Numbered from the stretch's first letter, positions 1 to 10,025 are shown. The stretch: 64,000 nt of DNA from Candidatus Latescibacterota bacterium (GCA_965197905.1 CBDAOB010000004.1:1536001-1600000); one strand, 5' to 3'. Notes: generated by a model from the sequence alone, not told the origin. Translations and numbers: made by a program.

Positions 1-738
1 CTGTTGCTGCCGGCAGGGCCGCTAGGTGCGGCTTTTGAGCTCGACGAAGCGGAGATTCAGCCTCCTGCTCTCGGTCGGGAAGAAGGTGGAGATCCCGCCC
101 ACCTAGCAACGGCGGCGTGTTGGCGTTGGTCGTTTAGCTATCATCTGCCGTTTGGGCTGCGGGAGTTGCAGTATTCCGCCGCCAGGGTTGACGGACCCGT
201 GTACGGGCTGGGCGTCGGTTTCGGGGCAAGCTCTTCCGGGTTCCATCTTCACCGGAAGACCACTTTCCGGATAGGTGCCGGCCGTAGCTTCGGCCCTACA
301 AGCATTGGTGTGGCGGTCGAACACCTCCTGTTGCAGCAACGAGGAAAAGGAATCCGGGACTTCAGGCGCTGGGTCTCCGCATGGCGAGCCAGACTGAGCG
401 ATCGCACCTCGCTCCGTGGTTCCTTCACATCTGACATCGATGGGGTCAGCGACCGACGCTGGAGCTTCGCTCTCCTCCGGCAACTCGATGGAGGTGGCTC
501 CTTGTCTGTCAGAACGCAGCGACGGTCTGGAAAACCACGAGTGATCGGCATAGCGTTGTTACACCCCCCGCACGATCAGGTGGCGATACTCCTGGGCACC
601 CGATCCGCACCTCGGCGGTTTGCATTCAGACTTGGGCTGAACTTCGGCATCCTGTCGCTGCACCAGGTTGTGCACACCCACAGCCAATTGGGCCCCAGCC
701 ATACGACACAACTAGGGACGACTTGTAGGAGCCGATAA
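1..738 (+). CDS. Hypothetical outer-membrane beta-barrel-like protein, 5'-truncated by the window edge (PorV/PorQ-like?)
   Basis: Frame is open from base 1 (LLLPAGPLGAAFE, like the end of a signal peptide). Alternating hydrophobic strands and a PFGLREL motif follow. Confidence 0.5.
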   Translation: MLLPAGPLGAAFELDEAEIQPPALGREEGGDPAHLATAACWRWSFSYHLPFGLRELQYSAARVDGPVYGLGVGFGASSSGFHLHRKTTFRIGAGRSFGPTSIGVAVEHLLLQQRGKGIRDFRRWVSAWRARLSDRTSLRGSFTSDIDGVSDRRWSFALLRQLDGGGSLSVRTQRRSGKPRVIGIALLHPPHDQVAILLGTRSAPRRFAFRLGLNFGILSLHQVVHTHSQLGPSHTTQLGTTCRSR

Positions 739-746
739 AAGCCAGT

Positions 747-1397
747 ATGTTTCCGAACCATGCCGACCTCTCCGCTACTCGTCGCACCCGTTTTCGCATG
801 TTCTCCAAGCGTCTGATAACGTGCCAGCTGCTGGTGGCGTTTACCATCGCGCTGACGGTCGCCCACTGCGGCGAGACCAATCGCAGCAGCAACTTGCAGC
901 TGCCCAATCCGGCACCGGGGGCGAGGGAACCCGAGCTCAACCTCAAAGCCGAGCTCAACGGTCGATATATCGGCGAAATCAGCATCGATGGCACGCGCTG
1001 GGCGGCGACGGGACCTGGTCAAGATATCGCGTTGACCTTTGATGCCATCGGCCTCGAGCAGGTAGTCCAATTCGAACTCATCGTCGAAACCGAGCCGGCT
1101 AATCTCTTCGATTTCGATGCTTCCAGTTTTGCACCACAGGGACCGTTTGTCACCTTCGGTTCGGGAGTGGAGGCTATTGGGGAAGACAGATTGCGTTTCG
1201 GTGGAGCGAATCTGCGCAGTCCTGTCGCTGGCGACCGCACCCTGGGAACACTCTCCCTGACCACGGCGGCAGGGTTCAGCGCCTCCACCAGCGTCCGCGT
1301 GCGGCTCGTGTTTTTCTCCATTGGACCGAGTTCCTCCGAGCGCGATTCCTACGATGCCGACCAGTTGAACATGGGTGTTGTTGTAAATGCAAGATAG
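747..1397 (+). CDS. Putative lipoprotein with a cohesin-like beta-sandwich domain (start may be ATG 798)
   Basis: Hydrophobic stretch ending in lipobox-like VAHC. The beta-rich domain (GDRTLGTLSLTT) resembles cohesin modules. Confidence 0.5.
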   Translation: MFPNHADLSATRRTRFRMFSKRLITCQLLVAFTIALTVAHCGETNRSSNLQLPNPAPGAREPELNLKAELNGRYIGEISIDGTRWAATGPGQDIALTFDAIGLEQVVQFELIVETEPANLFDFDASSFAPQGPFVTFGSGVEAIGEDRLRFGGANLRSPVAGDRTLGTLSLTTAAGFSASTSVRVRLVFFSIGPSSSERDSYDADQLNMGVVVNAR

Positions 1398-1420
1398 CGC
1401 ACTCGTTGCACCATCCGTTA

Positions 1421-1449
1421 TTGACGATCGAAAGGCGATGGATTAGTTT
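1421..1449 (+). promoter_or_regulatory. Sigma70-like promoter for tRNA-Ala
   Basis: TTGACG (1421-1426), 17-bp spacer, TAGTTT (1444-1449), directly upstream of the tRNA. Confidence 0.55.
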
Positions 1450-1464
1450 TTCAATCTCCCATGG

Positions 1465-1540
<76 letters not shown>

Positions 1541-1549
1541 TTTGAAATC

Positions 1550-1588
1550 AAACGCAACTCTCGGTCGTGAATAGGAGTTGCGTTTTTT
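1550..1588 (+). terminator. Intrinsic terminator after the tRNA
   Basis: AAACGCAACTC...GAGTTGCGTTT hairpin followed by a T-run. Confidence 0.75.
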
Positions 1589-1615
1589 ATTGTGTGCATC
1601 CCCGTTGTCGCCTAA

Positions 1616-2368
1616 ATGCTACCGGAAAAATCGAACGAAGGTCACCAGCGGATCGTCGTAGTGATGCCGGCCTACAACGCCGCGCGGACGCTCAAACTGA
1701 CCTATGACGATCTACCCCATGAGATCATCGATAACATTATCCTTGTTGACGACGGTAGCGAAGATGCCACGGTGGGCATTGCCAGGTCACTGAACCTGAA
1801 AATCTTCATCCACGACCGAAATCGGGGATACGGAGCGAATCAGAAGACCTGTTATGCGGAGGCGTTAAATGACAACGCCACGATCGTGGTGATGGTTCAC
1901 CCGGATTACCAGTACGATCCCACCTTGTTGCCTGAAATCGTCGCGCCCATTCAGGCAGGTCGTGTCGACGTGGTGCTTGGATCGAGAATGATGGGGCCCA
2001 GCGCCTACAAACAGGGGATGCCGTGGTGGAAATACGTTGGCAACAAGATCCTTACGGGAATAGAAAATTACTGCTTTGACCTCAACCTATCCGAATATCA
2101 CACCGGGTACCGCGCCTACAGCGCCGAGGTTCTAGAGACGGTTGATTTCCACGAAAATTCTGATGGCTTCGTATTCGACCAGGAACTCATCGGCCAGATT
2201 GTTCGCGGTCGTTTCAGGATCGCCGAGGTGTCGGTTCCCGTGCGCTACTTCCCCGAAGCTTCCTCGATCGGATTTGTCGGAAGTACGGTCTACGGTTTCC
2301 GCATAATCTTGCTGCTGGCTCGGTTTCTCCTAGGACACCGGCGAGCGCGAGGTGAGGACGGCCACTGA
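1616..2368 (+). CDS. Glycosyltransferase family 2, polyprenol-phosphate glycosyltransferase (DPM1-like)
   Basis: VVMPAYNA, VDDGSED, NRGYGANQK, HPDYQY and TGYRAY motifs. Confidence 0.9.
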   Translation: MLPEKSNEGHQRIVVVMPAYNAARTLKLTYDDLPHEIIDNIILVDDGSEDATVGIARSLNLKIFIHDRNRGYGANQKTCYAEALNDNATIVVMVHPDYQYDPTLLPEIVAPIQAGRVDVVLGSRMMGPSAYKQGMPWWKYVGNKILTGIENYCFDLNLSEYHTGYRAYSAEVLETVDFHENSDGFVFDQELIGQIVRGRFRIAEVSVPVRYFPEASSIGFVGSTVYGFRIILLLARFLLGHRRARGEDGH

Positions 2369-2431
2369 GCCCGCCCGCCGCTTGGTGTTCTCCAGTATCG
2401 CTTCCCTCGGAGGCATGACGGGATACGAGAG

Positions 2432-4291
2432 ATGTCGCTGAGTGTCACGAAGTCATGTTTCACATCCACGCTCATCCTTCTTGTCGGACTTGGCGTTTAC
2501 TACAACAGCCTGCCGAACCCGTTCGTTTTCGACGATCTGGAGTTCATCGTAGATAATCCCGATATCCGCTCCATCTGGCCGCCCGCTTGGGCGCGTCCCA
2601 ACGACTTGCCTCATGCATCCCTCAACGGACGTCCGCTGGTCTCGCTCTCCCTGGCGCTGAACTTCGCCGTCGGCGAACTGCGGGTGCACGGTTACCGCAT
2701 GGTGAATCTAGCCGTGCATCTCGCGAACACCTTGGCTCTGCTTGGCCTTTTGCGACGCTTGCTGCAGCAAGATTGGGCTCGTTATCGATTCGGCACCTCG
2801 ACTCCGCATCTCGCCGCCGGCATCGCCTTGCTGTGGATGGTGCATCCGCTGCAGACCGAGTGCGTCAACTACATCTCCCAACGCAGTGAGTCTATCATGG
2901 GATTCAATTTTCTCATGACATTCTACTGTCTGATGCGCGGAGCTGCAACGCATCGCCTTGGCTGGTACTGCGGCGCGGTGCTTTTTTGTGCTCTGGGAAT
3001 GATGAGCAAGGAGGTGATGGCCACCGTGCCATTGTTGGCGATGCTGTTCGACCGCACGTTCGTGGCGGGCAGCTTCAGGGAGGCCTGGCAGCGGCGCTGG
3101 GGTCTGTATATCGGACTGGGAGCCGGATGGCTCATTCTTGTCAGACAGCTGTGGAGTGATCCCCATATTGGCATGATCGGATTTTCGACGATACATCCAT
3201 GGGAGTATGCCCTCAACCAGTGCGATGTTCTTTCCCGGTACGTGAGGTTGGTGTTCTGGCCGGATCGCCTGCTGCTCGATTACGGTCCGCCAGTGCCCTT
3301 GAGTGTGGCAGATATCGCGCCTCAAGCGGCGCTGGTGTTGACGCTTCTGATAGGGGTGATCGCAGCGCTCAAACATCGGCCTCGAGTCGGATTTGCCGGG
3401 GCCTGGTTCTTCATCATTCTGGCGCCCACCTCGAGTTTTCTGCCGATCCTCACCGAAGCGGGCGCGGAGCGTCGACTCTACCTGCCATCGGCGAGTCTGA
3501 TAACGCTCGTCTTCCTGCTCGTGGCTGCCTTCATCTGTCGGCGGGATAAGCCGGAAATGGGATATGGGTGGAAAGCGGTCGGCGGGGTTCTGTTTGCAAT
3601 TGCTTTCGGTTCTCTCGCGTTCAAGACCGTGGAACGCAACCGTGAATACAGCAGCGCCCTCTCGATCTGGCAGACTGTGGTTGACCGGGCGCCAGGCAAC
3701 CATCGAGGCCACAACAATCTCGGTGTTCAGCTGGCGGCGGCCGGCCAACTCGAGCGCGCCATCGAGCATTACCGCGAGGCATTGCGTATCTATCCCGGGT
3801 ATGTCGACGCCCGTATAAACCTTGGCAATGCGCTGGCCGGCGGCGGTCACTGGGCGCAGGCAATCGAGCAGTTCCGTTACGCGCTGAAAGTCAACCGCGA
3901 GGTAGCGGAGCTGCACTACAACCTCGGCCGGGCGCTGGCCGCGAGCAGACAGGCGACGCAAGCGGTCGTCCACTATCGCGAAGCCTTGCGTCTCGACCCC
4001 CAGTACGCCAAAGCCCACAACAATATCGGTGCCGTATACCTATCCGGTGAGCGCATCTCCGGTGAGCGCATCGATCTGGCGATCGATCACCTTCGTGCGG
4101 CGGTGGGCATCGACCCCGATTTTGCCGGCGCCCATTACAATCTGGGAATGGCTCTGGAGTTTCGGGGACAGCTGGACGCCGCACTGGAGCAGTACCACAA
4201 GGCCGTGGCTCTGGAGCCCGGCCGGAATGATTGGCGCGAGAATCTGACCCGGGCGCGCCGGTTGCTTGAATCGGAAGGCTCCGCAAAATAG
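2432..4291 (+). CDS. TMTC-like GT-C membrane glycosyltransferase with C-terminal TPR array
   Basis: FVFDD-x-I-x-NP, RPL, NLAVH, HPLQTECV-YI-QRSE, SKE and ERRLYLPS motifs, multiple TM helices, then about 5-6 TPRs. Confidence 0.85.
   Translation: MSLSVTKSCFTSTLILLVGLGVYYNSLPNPFVFDDLEFIVDNPDIRSIWPPAWARPNDLPHASLNGRPLVSLSLALNFAVGELRVHGYRMVNLAVHLANTLALLGLLRRLLQQDWARYRFGTSTPHLAAGIALLWMVHPLQTECVNYISQRSESIMGFNFLMTFYCLMRGAATHRLGWYCGAVLFCALGMMSKEVMATVPLLAMLFDRTFVAGSFREAWQRRWGLYIGLGAGWLILVRQLWSDPHIGMIGFSTIHPWEYALNQCDVLSRYVRLVFWPDRLLLDYGPPVPLSVADIAPQAALVLTLLIGVIAALKHRPRVGFAGAWFFIILAPTSSFLPILTEAGAERRLYLPSASLITLVFLLVAAFICRRDKPEMGYGWKAVGGVLFAIAFGSLAFKTVERNREYSSALSIWQTVVDRAPGNHRGHNNLGVQLAAAGQLERAIEHYREALRIYPGYVDARINLGNALAGGGHWAQAIEQFRYALKVNREVAELHYNLGRALAASRQATQAVVHYREALRLDPQYAKAHNNIGAVYLSGERISGERIDLAIDHLRAAVGIDPDFAGAHYNLGMALEFRGQLDAALEQYHKAVALEPGRNDWRENLTRARRLLESEGSAK
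4043..4072 (+). repeat. Perfect in-frame 15-bp tandem duplication (TCCGGTGAGCGCATC x2)
   Basis: Read directly from the sequence; gives SGERI-SGERI inside a TPR. Confidence 0.95.
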
Positions 4292-4334
4292 CGGATCGCC
4301 GCGTTGCCCGGACCCTACACCAGCGGGGTGAGAA

Positions 4335-4751
4335 TCAGCCGGATTTCGTGTCTATTTTTCGCTCCCCGTACGGTACCGCGCAAAGTTCAGTGTCGCATTC
4401 CATGCGACCGAAGCGGTGGCGGTTGCGGGCGATTAGGGAGTAGCCGATACGAAATAGCTGCCGCAGTACGGGCACCTTGTAGATCCAGGCGATGAGGTGG
4501 TAGGGCGGCATGCGACGGTAGATCTGATGGACGGCATCGGCACCGACAAAAACCCTCGTGTCGACATCGATCAGCCGGAGGCCGGTATTGAAATCCGAGG
4601 CTGCCAATACCGGAAAGCGCGTCTCGGCCCCTGGGGTTTGTCGAGGCAGGTATTCGAACTGCCGGCGGCGGTCGCGCTTTTGAATGCGTCGCACGCTCCA
4701 GTCGCAGAAGCGACATTCGCCGTCGTACACGATGACCGGGCTATTCGTCAT
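4335..4751 (-). CDS. DCC1-like thiol-disulfide oxidoreductase (DUF393)
   Basis: YDGECRFC N-terminal motif and Y-IARNR-RFG C-terminal motif; start set at MTNSP. Confidence 0.85.
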   Translation of the reverse strand: MTNSPVIVYDGECRFCDWSVRRIQKRDRRRQFEYLPRQTPGAETRFPVLAASDFNTGLRLIDVDTRVFVGADAVHQIYRRMPPYHLIAWIYKVPVLRQLFRIGYSLIARNRHRFGRMECDTELCAVPYGERKIDTKSG

Positions 4752-5304
4752 CTGCAGGTTCCTCCCCGTCGCTGCCCTCATCATCGCTGTCGGCCTCATC
4801 ATCTCCGTATTCGTCGTCTAACCCGTTATCCTCTTCATCTTCTTCGCTGGCCGCCGACTGCAACGACTCCACCAGCAATCCCGTGTCCTCCAGGCGGTTA
4901 CTAAGAAGAGCGACCAGGTTGTAGAGCAACTTGATGTGCATATCCTTGTCTCTCTTCAAAACCTCGATGAGGTTCCTTCTTTTGATGACAATGCCAACGG
5001 AAGGTTCGTACGAGGCTATGCGGGCCGAACGGGGATGTCCGGTGAACATACCCATTTCACCGACGGATCCGCCGGGAAGGATCAGCGCCAACTGCTCACC
5101 TGAATCCCCGACTACGCTCAGCTCCCCCTTTAGAAGAATCAGCATATCATCGCTCGGTTCCCCTCTCGCATAGATAGTTTCTCCCGGAGAGATGGGAACC
5201 GATGTGCAAATCTTCAAGATAGCGAGGATCTGATGTTGGTCGAATCCTTGGAAAATCGGAATCTTCTGAACTATCTTTAGAATTTCAAAATCTTTCTTCT
5301 GCAA
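4741..5304 (-). CDS. Cyclic nucleotide-binding domain protein with acidic tail
   Basis: IPIFQGF, GETIY-RGE and GEMG-FTGHPRSA motifs; D/E-rich C-terminus. Confidence 0.85.
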   Translation of the reverse strand: MQKKDFEILKIVQKIPIFQGFDQHQILAILKICTSVPISPGETIYARGEPSDDMLILLKGELSVVGDSGEQLALILPGGSVGEMGMFTGHPRSARIASYEPSVGIVIKRRNLIEVLKRDKDMHIKLLYNLVALLSNRLEDTGLLVESLQSAASEEDEEDNGLDDEYGDDEADSDDEGSDGEEPADDE

Positions 5305-5378
5305 CTCGTCTGCCTCGATATTGCGTTCTGCTTGAATCTCGGAATCGACAATTCCCTTGGTAACGATTTATTTAGAGT

Positions 5379-5675
5379 GTGCCGAGTCTCAGACAAATCA
5401 TCTGGATGCGTCAACAGTGGCGGCGCTACCAAAAGCTGATCGGAATCGGAACGATCGGTTTGTGGACAGTCTGCTCCTCCGGCATTCTGCTGCTGAACGA
5501 CGAAGACTTCATCGTGCGCATGGCATTGCTGGCCATGTTCGTATTGTGCACCCCGCTGAGTCTGTACCTTTACCTGACAACGCGCAAGGAAACTCGCAAC
5601 CTGGATCGGGAAGCGGCGGAAATGCGGCTGCAAGAGCAGATCAACTCCGACACCAGATCCGGTTCAAATCGCTGA
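5379..5675 (+). CDS. Small membrane protein with two TM helices, unknown function
   Basis: Two hydrophobic helices and a charged tail; fills the gap before mfd. Confidence 0.45.
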   Translation: MPSLRQIIWMRQQWRRYQKLIGIGTIGLWTVCSSGILLLNDEDFIVRMALLAMFVLCTPLSLYLYLTTRKETRNLDREAAEMRLQEQINSDTRSGSNR

Positions 5676-5689
5676 GCCGTCGTCCTTTC

Positions 5690-5719
5690 TTGACATAGAA
5701 CTTCCACCCCCCTTATCTT
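5690..5719 (+). promoter_or_regulatory. Sigma70-like promoter upstream of mfd
   Basis: TTGACA, 18-bp spacer, TATCTT. Confidence 0.5.
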
Positions 5720-5792
5720 AAATCGATTGTTGCCAACCAGTTGCGTATGTAGGATGGACGCGACCTGGAAAGGCCTTTTTGTGTTCTAATAT

Positions 5793-8700
5793 ATGGATTC
5801 TACCGGCTCACTAGACGAAATTGCGCGAAAAACTGCGCAGACCTCTTCCTTCAAGGAAGTGGTCAGTAGACTGAATTGCGGCGCAAAACAGGTCCTCCTG
5901 CAAGGCCTGCCGGACACCCTCTTCTCCTTCCTGCTCACCCACGTTCAACGCTCCACCCGCAAGCAGATGCTTGTCGTCGCCAGCGACGAGGACACTGCCG
6001 AACGCTGGCGCGACGATCTCCAGGCGATCGCCGGCGAAGACATCGTGAAGTACTTCCCGGCCTGGGATATAGATCTGTTCGAATCGCGATCTCCGGATCC
6101 AGAGATTAGCGAGCTGCGAATCGTCGCGGCAACCTCTTTGCTGGATCGCGAACCCACCATAGTGGTGGCACCCATCGAAGCCCTGGTGACCCCCCTCATT
6201 CCCGCCCATGCGCTGGATCTGGGCACGGTGCGGTTGCGCGTGGGGGCCGAACACTCCCTGGAGGACTTGACCTCCCATTTAGCCGACTGTGGTTTCGAAC
6301 GCGTTTCCATGATCGACGCCATTGGTCAATACAGCGTGCGAGGTGGAATCCTCGACATCTATCCATTCGGCGCGGACAACCCTTTCCGGCTTGAATTCTT
6401 CGGCGATGAAATCGAGTCGATTCGCACCTTCGATGTCGCCACCCAGCGTTCTGTAAGCAGCTGCCGGGAAGCACTGATTCCACCCGCCCGTGAAGTGCTT
6501 TTGATCTCGCCGCTCTTCGAGGATTACCTGGAGCGGATCGATGCCGCCCGGGTTAACGCCGGCGGGGAGCTGAACAATCTCAGGGATCAGCTGGAACTGG
6601 GTGCTTCTCTCGAGGGGATCGAAAGTTACATGTCGGTGCTCTACGATCTCGGAAACGGCCTGTTCGACTACCTGGCCGAGCCCCTGGTATTTGCGCCGGA
6701 GGGCGAAGAGCTGAACAGCGCCGTCGAGCAGGTTCTCGAGAAAGCCCGCAAGGAGCACAAACGGCGATCGTTCGAACACCCCTTCGATGCTTACCTGCCC
6801 CCCGCCAGCTGGATACCCCAACAACTGGGCCGTTTTCAAGCCCTGCGCTGGGGTGGCGGCGATGACGCGGTCCGCTTCGGTGCCGAGAACCCGCGGGCCG
6901 TCGAAGGGGAGCTCGGCCTGCTGCGGCACGAGATCGATCGCCTGCACGAAGATGAATACGCCATCCACATCCGCTGCGAAACCCAGGCGCAGAATAGCCG
7001 GCTTCAAGAGCTGTTTGCCGACTGGTCGGACCACATCTCCTACGGTCTCGGTACGCTGCAGAGAGGTTTTGTCTTTCCAGAAGCCAAACTGGCGCTGCTC
7101 AACGACCACGAAATCTTTAGCCGCCAGAAACGCCGATACCGCTACCGCAAGTTCAAGGCGGCAACTCCGCTGTCCACCTTCAAGGCGTTGCAGCGGGGCG
7201 ATTTTGTCGTGCACGTGGATTACGGAATCGGGCGCTTCGCCGGCATAAAACGATTGTCGATCGGCGGGATTGTGCACGATTGCCTGCAGGTGTCGTACCA
7301 GAGCTCGGACAAACTGTTCGTTCCGGTGGAGCAGCTGGATAGACTACGCAAATATTCCGGCGCGGAAGCCGATCCACCGCTGCTCAGCAAGCTTGGGGGC
7401 ACAGCGTGGGAGAAGCTGAAAGAGCGCACGCGGGAAGAGATCTTCAAGATGGCAGCGGAGCTGGCACAGCTGTATGCGGAACGGCAGGCACGGTCCGGAT
7501 TCCGCTTTTCAGCGGACGGTCCCATGCAGCGGGAACTGGAGGCCAGTTTTCCGTTTCAGGAAACCCCGGATCAACTACGGACCATGGAAGAGGTCAGTAG
7601 CGACATGGAATCCGGGTCTCCGATGGATCGGCTCGTCTGCGGCGACGTGGGGTATGGTAAAACGGAGGTGGCCATTCGCGCTGCCTTCAAGGCGGTCTGC
7701 GATGGCAAGCAGGTGGCCATTCTTGTACCCACCACCATCCTCGCCGAACAACACTTTCAGACCTTTACCGAGCGCATGGGGCACGTGCCTGCCAAGGTGG
7801 AGGTAATGAGCCGCTTCCGCACCGCCAAGGAGCAGAAGGAGATCGTCGCCAAGGTCAAGAGCGGAAACGTCGATATTCTCATCGGCACCCACCGAATTCT
7901 TTCCAAGGATATCGCTTTCCGCGATCTCGGTCTGTTGGTGGTGGACGAAGAACAGCGATTCGGCGTGCGCCACAAAGAACGCTTGAAGCAGATGAAGCGG
8001 CTGGTGGACGTGTTGACCTTGACGGCCACCCCGATCCCGCGCACCCTGCACATGTCCCTCATGGGCTCCCGCGACATGTCCGTCATCAACACCCCGCCCC
8101 AGGATCGTCTGCCGATTCACACCGAGATCATCTCCTTCGACGAAAACCGCATCGCCGCGGCCATCTTGCGGGAGGTGGAACGCCAGGGCCAGGTCTACTT
8201 TGTACACAACCGAGTGCAGTCGATCTATCGCCTGCAAGATTTCCTTGCCGAGCTGGTACCTCAGGTCCGGTTCGCCGTGGCCCACGGCCAGATGCCGCCG
8301 CGACAGCTGGAAAAGATCATGTTCGACTTCCTGGAACGGAAGTACGACTGTCTGGTCTGTACCATGATTATCGAGTCTGGGATTGACATTCCCTCGGTAA
8401 ACACGATTCTGGTGAATCGGTCCGATGCGCTGGGGCTCAGCCAGCTCTACCAGATTCGCGGCCGGGTGGGCCGCTCAAAGGAACGAGCGTTTGCCTACCT
8501 GCTGGTTCCCAAGGGGAAGAAGCTCACCAAAGAGAGCCGCATGCGTCTGCGCGCCATCGAGGAGTTCGCTGATCTGGGATCCGGATTCAACATCGCCATG
8601 CGCGACATGGAGATTCGCGGTGCGGGCAATCTTCTCGGGGCGCAGCAGCACGGCTTCATCGCCGCTGTAGGTTTCGATCTCTATTGTCGCCTGCTCGAAG

Positions 8701-9182
8701 AAGCGATGCGCGAGTTGAAAGGCGAAGAAGTCGTCGAAGAGATCGAGCCGGAGATCAAGATCGGGGTCAGCGCCTACATACCCGACGATTACATCCCCGA
8801 CGGCGACCAGAAGATGGAATTCTACCAGCGCCTGGCGAATGCGCGCAAAGTCGTCGAGCTATTGGGCATCCGCGAGGAGATGGAAGATCGATTTGGACGC
8901 CCTTCGATCCACGCCCAGGCGTTGCTGCACACGATGGAGATCAAGGTGATGGCTCGCCAACTCGGTTTAGCGGCCGTATACCTCGAGAAGTCATCCTTCA
9001 GGCTGTATTTTCCCGAAGGGCGCGAACCGGCTCCAGCCGCGATAGAACATCTGGTGCGGAAGAGCACGTCGCAGCTGGAGTTCAAGATGGGAGAACGACT
9101 GTGCATCGAAATCGATGTTGGGGGACGAGACCAACAGGAGCGTTTGGAAAAGGCGAGGAACGCCATACAGGAGTTGCTGTGA
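5793..9182 (+). CDS. mfd: Transcription-repair coupling factor
   Basis: UvrB-like N-terminus (RGGILDI), RID, GDVGYGKTEVA, DEEQRFGV, TATPIPRTL, QIRGRVGRS and TRCF C-terminal domain. Confidence 0.98.
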   Translation: MDSTGSLDEIARKTAQTSSFKEVVSRLNCGAKQVLLQGLPDTLFSFLLTHVQRSTRKQMLVVASDEDTAERWRDDLQAIAGEDIVKYFPAWDIDLFESRSPDPEISELRIVAATSLLDREPTIVVAPIEALVTPLIPAHALDLGTVRLRVGAEHSLEDLTSHLADCGFERVSMIDAIGQYSVRGGILDIYPFGADNPFRLEFFGDEIESIRTFDVATQRSVSSCREALIPPAREVLLISPLFEDYLERIDAARVNAGGELNNLRDQLELGASLEGIESYMSVLYDLGNGLFDYLAEPLVFAPEGEELNSAVEQVLEKARKEHKRRSFEHPFDAYLPPASWIPQQLGRFQALRWGGGDDAVRFGAENPRAVEGELGLLRHEIDRLHEDEYAIHIRCETQAQNSRLQELFADWSDHISYGLGTLQRGFVFPEAKLALLNDHEIFSRQKRRYRYRKFKAATPLSTFKALQRGDFVVHVDYGIGRFAGIKRLSIGGIVHDCLQVSYQSSDKLFVPVEQLDRLRKYSGAEADPPLLSKLGGTAWEKLKERTREEIFKMAAELAQLYAERQARSGFRFSADGPMQRELEASFPFQETPDQLRTMEEVSSDMESGSPMDRLVCGDVGYGKTEVAIRAAFKAVCDGKQVAILVPTTILAEQHFQTFTERMGHVPAKVEVMSRFRTAKEQKEIVAKVKSGNVDILIGTHRILSKDIAFRDLGLLVVDEEQRFGVRHKERLKQMKRLVDVLTLTATPIPRTLHMSLMGSRDMSVINTPPQDRLPIHTEIISFDENRIAAAILREVERQGQVYFVHNRVQSIYRLQDFLAELVPQVRFAVAHGQMPPRQLEKIMFDFLERKYDCLVCTMIIESGIDIPSVNTILVNRSDALGLSQLYQIRGRVGRSKERAFAYLLVPKGKKLTKESRMRLRAIEEFADLGSGFNIAMRDMEIRGAGNLLGAQQHGFIAAVGFDLYCRLLEEAMRELKGEEVVEEIEPEIKIGVSAYIPDDYIPDGDQKMEFYQRLANARKVVELLGIREEMEDRFGRPSIHAQALLHTMEIKVMARQLGLAAVYLEKSSFRLYFPEGREPAPAAIEHLVRKSTSQLEFKMGERLCIEIDVGGRDQQERLEKARNAIQELL

Positions 9183-10018
9183 ATCGACGCCCGATCATCT
9201 CCGTCGCCTGTTGCGGCGTGCTGGCGGCAATGATGTTTCAAGGTTGTGGAGAATCGTCCTCACCGGACCCGTTGGTAGCCCATGTTGGCGAGGTTTCGTT
9301 GACTCAGGCGGCGCTGAACGATCGTGTTCCGGGGGGCGCCGATGCGGAGACGGCGGCCCTGCGCCAGCGCGAGTTTGTGGAGAGCTGGGTGCGGCAGGAG
9401 CTGCTCTACCAAGAAGCATTGTCGCGGCAGTTGGACGAAAATGCGCGCATCCTGGATTTGATCGAGCAGACGCGGAGGGACCTCCTGGTAGCCGCGTTGC
9501 TGGAACGGGAATTCGGCGGCCGTAGCGTCGACCTCCCTGAAGAACATATCCAGGCCTACTACGACAGTCACCAGGAAAGTTTCCTGCGCAATGCCGCCGA
9601 GATCAGGGCGCGTCACATCCTGCTGGCAAGCCAGAGAGATGCCAATGCCCATCGCCAGGTCATTCTGCAAGATGGGGGTGCCTTCGAAAAAGTGACGCGG
9701 GAGCATTCCCTCGACGAAGACACCAATCAGCTGGGCGGCGACCTAGGGTATTTCACTCAGGATCGCAATCCCATTCTATGGGAAGCGTGCCGCAATCTCG
9801 GACTCAACCGGCTGTCCAAACCGCAACGCACGTCCTACGGCTACCATCTCATTCAGGTACTCGACAGACAGGATTCGGGAACCGTGAAGAAACTCGAACA
9901 GGTACGCGATCAGATTGTTGCCACCGTCGTCCGTGAGCGCCAGCGAAGTCGGGTCGAGGCACTGATCGAGCGCTTGAAATCAGAACGGAAATGGGCGGTA
10001 TATGCGGAGGCGTTGTAG
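9179..10018 (+). CDS. Parvulin-type peptidyl-prolyl isomerase lipoprotein (PrsA/PpiC-like)
   Basis: GTGA overlap with mfd, lipobox FQGC, and ARHIL, HSLD, GGDLGYF, YGYHLI motifs. Confidence 0.85.
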   Translation: MNRRPIISVACCGVLAAMMFQGCGESSSPDPLVAHVGEVSLTQAALNDRVPGGADAETAALRQREFVESWVRQELLYQEALSRQLDENARILDLIEQTRRDLLVAALLEREFGGRSVDLPEEHIQAYYDSHQESFLRNAAEIRARHILLASQRDANAHRQVILQDGGAFEKVTREHSLDEDTNQLGGDLGYFTQDRNPILWEACRNLGLNRLSKPQRTSYGYHLIQVLDRQDSGTVKKLEQVRDQIVATVVRERQRSRVEALIERLKSERKWAVYAEAL

Positions 10019-10025
10019 AATCCCG

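Noticed and set aside
8684..9178. Long N-terminal extension of the PPIase inside mfd
   Set aside because: It is an alternative-frame artefact. A signal peptide and lipobox begin at GTG 9179, which overlaps the mfd stop.
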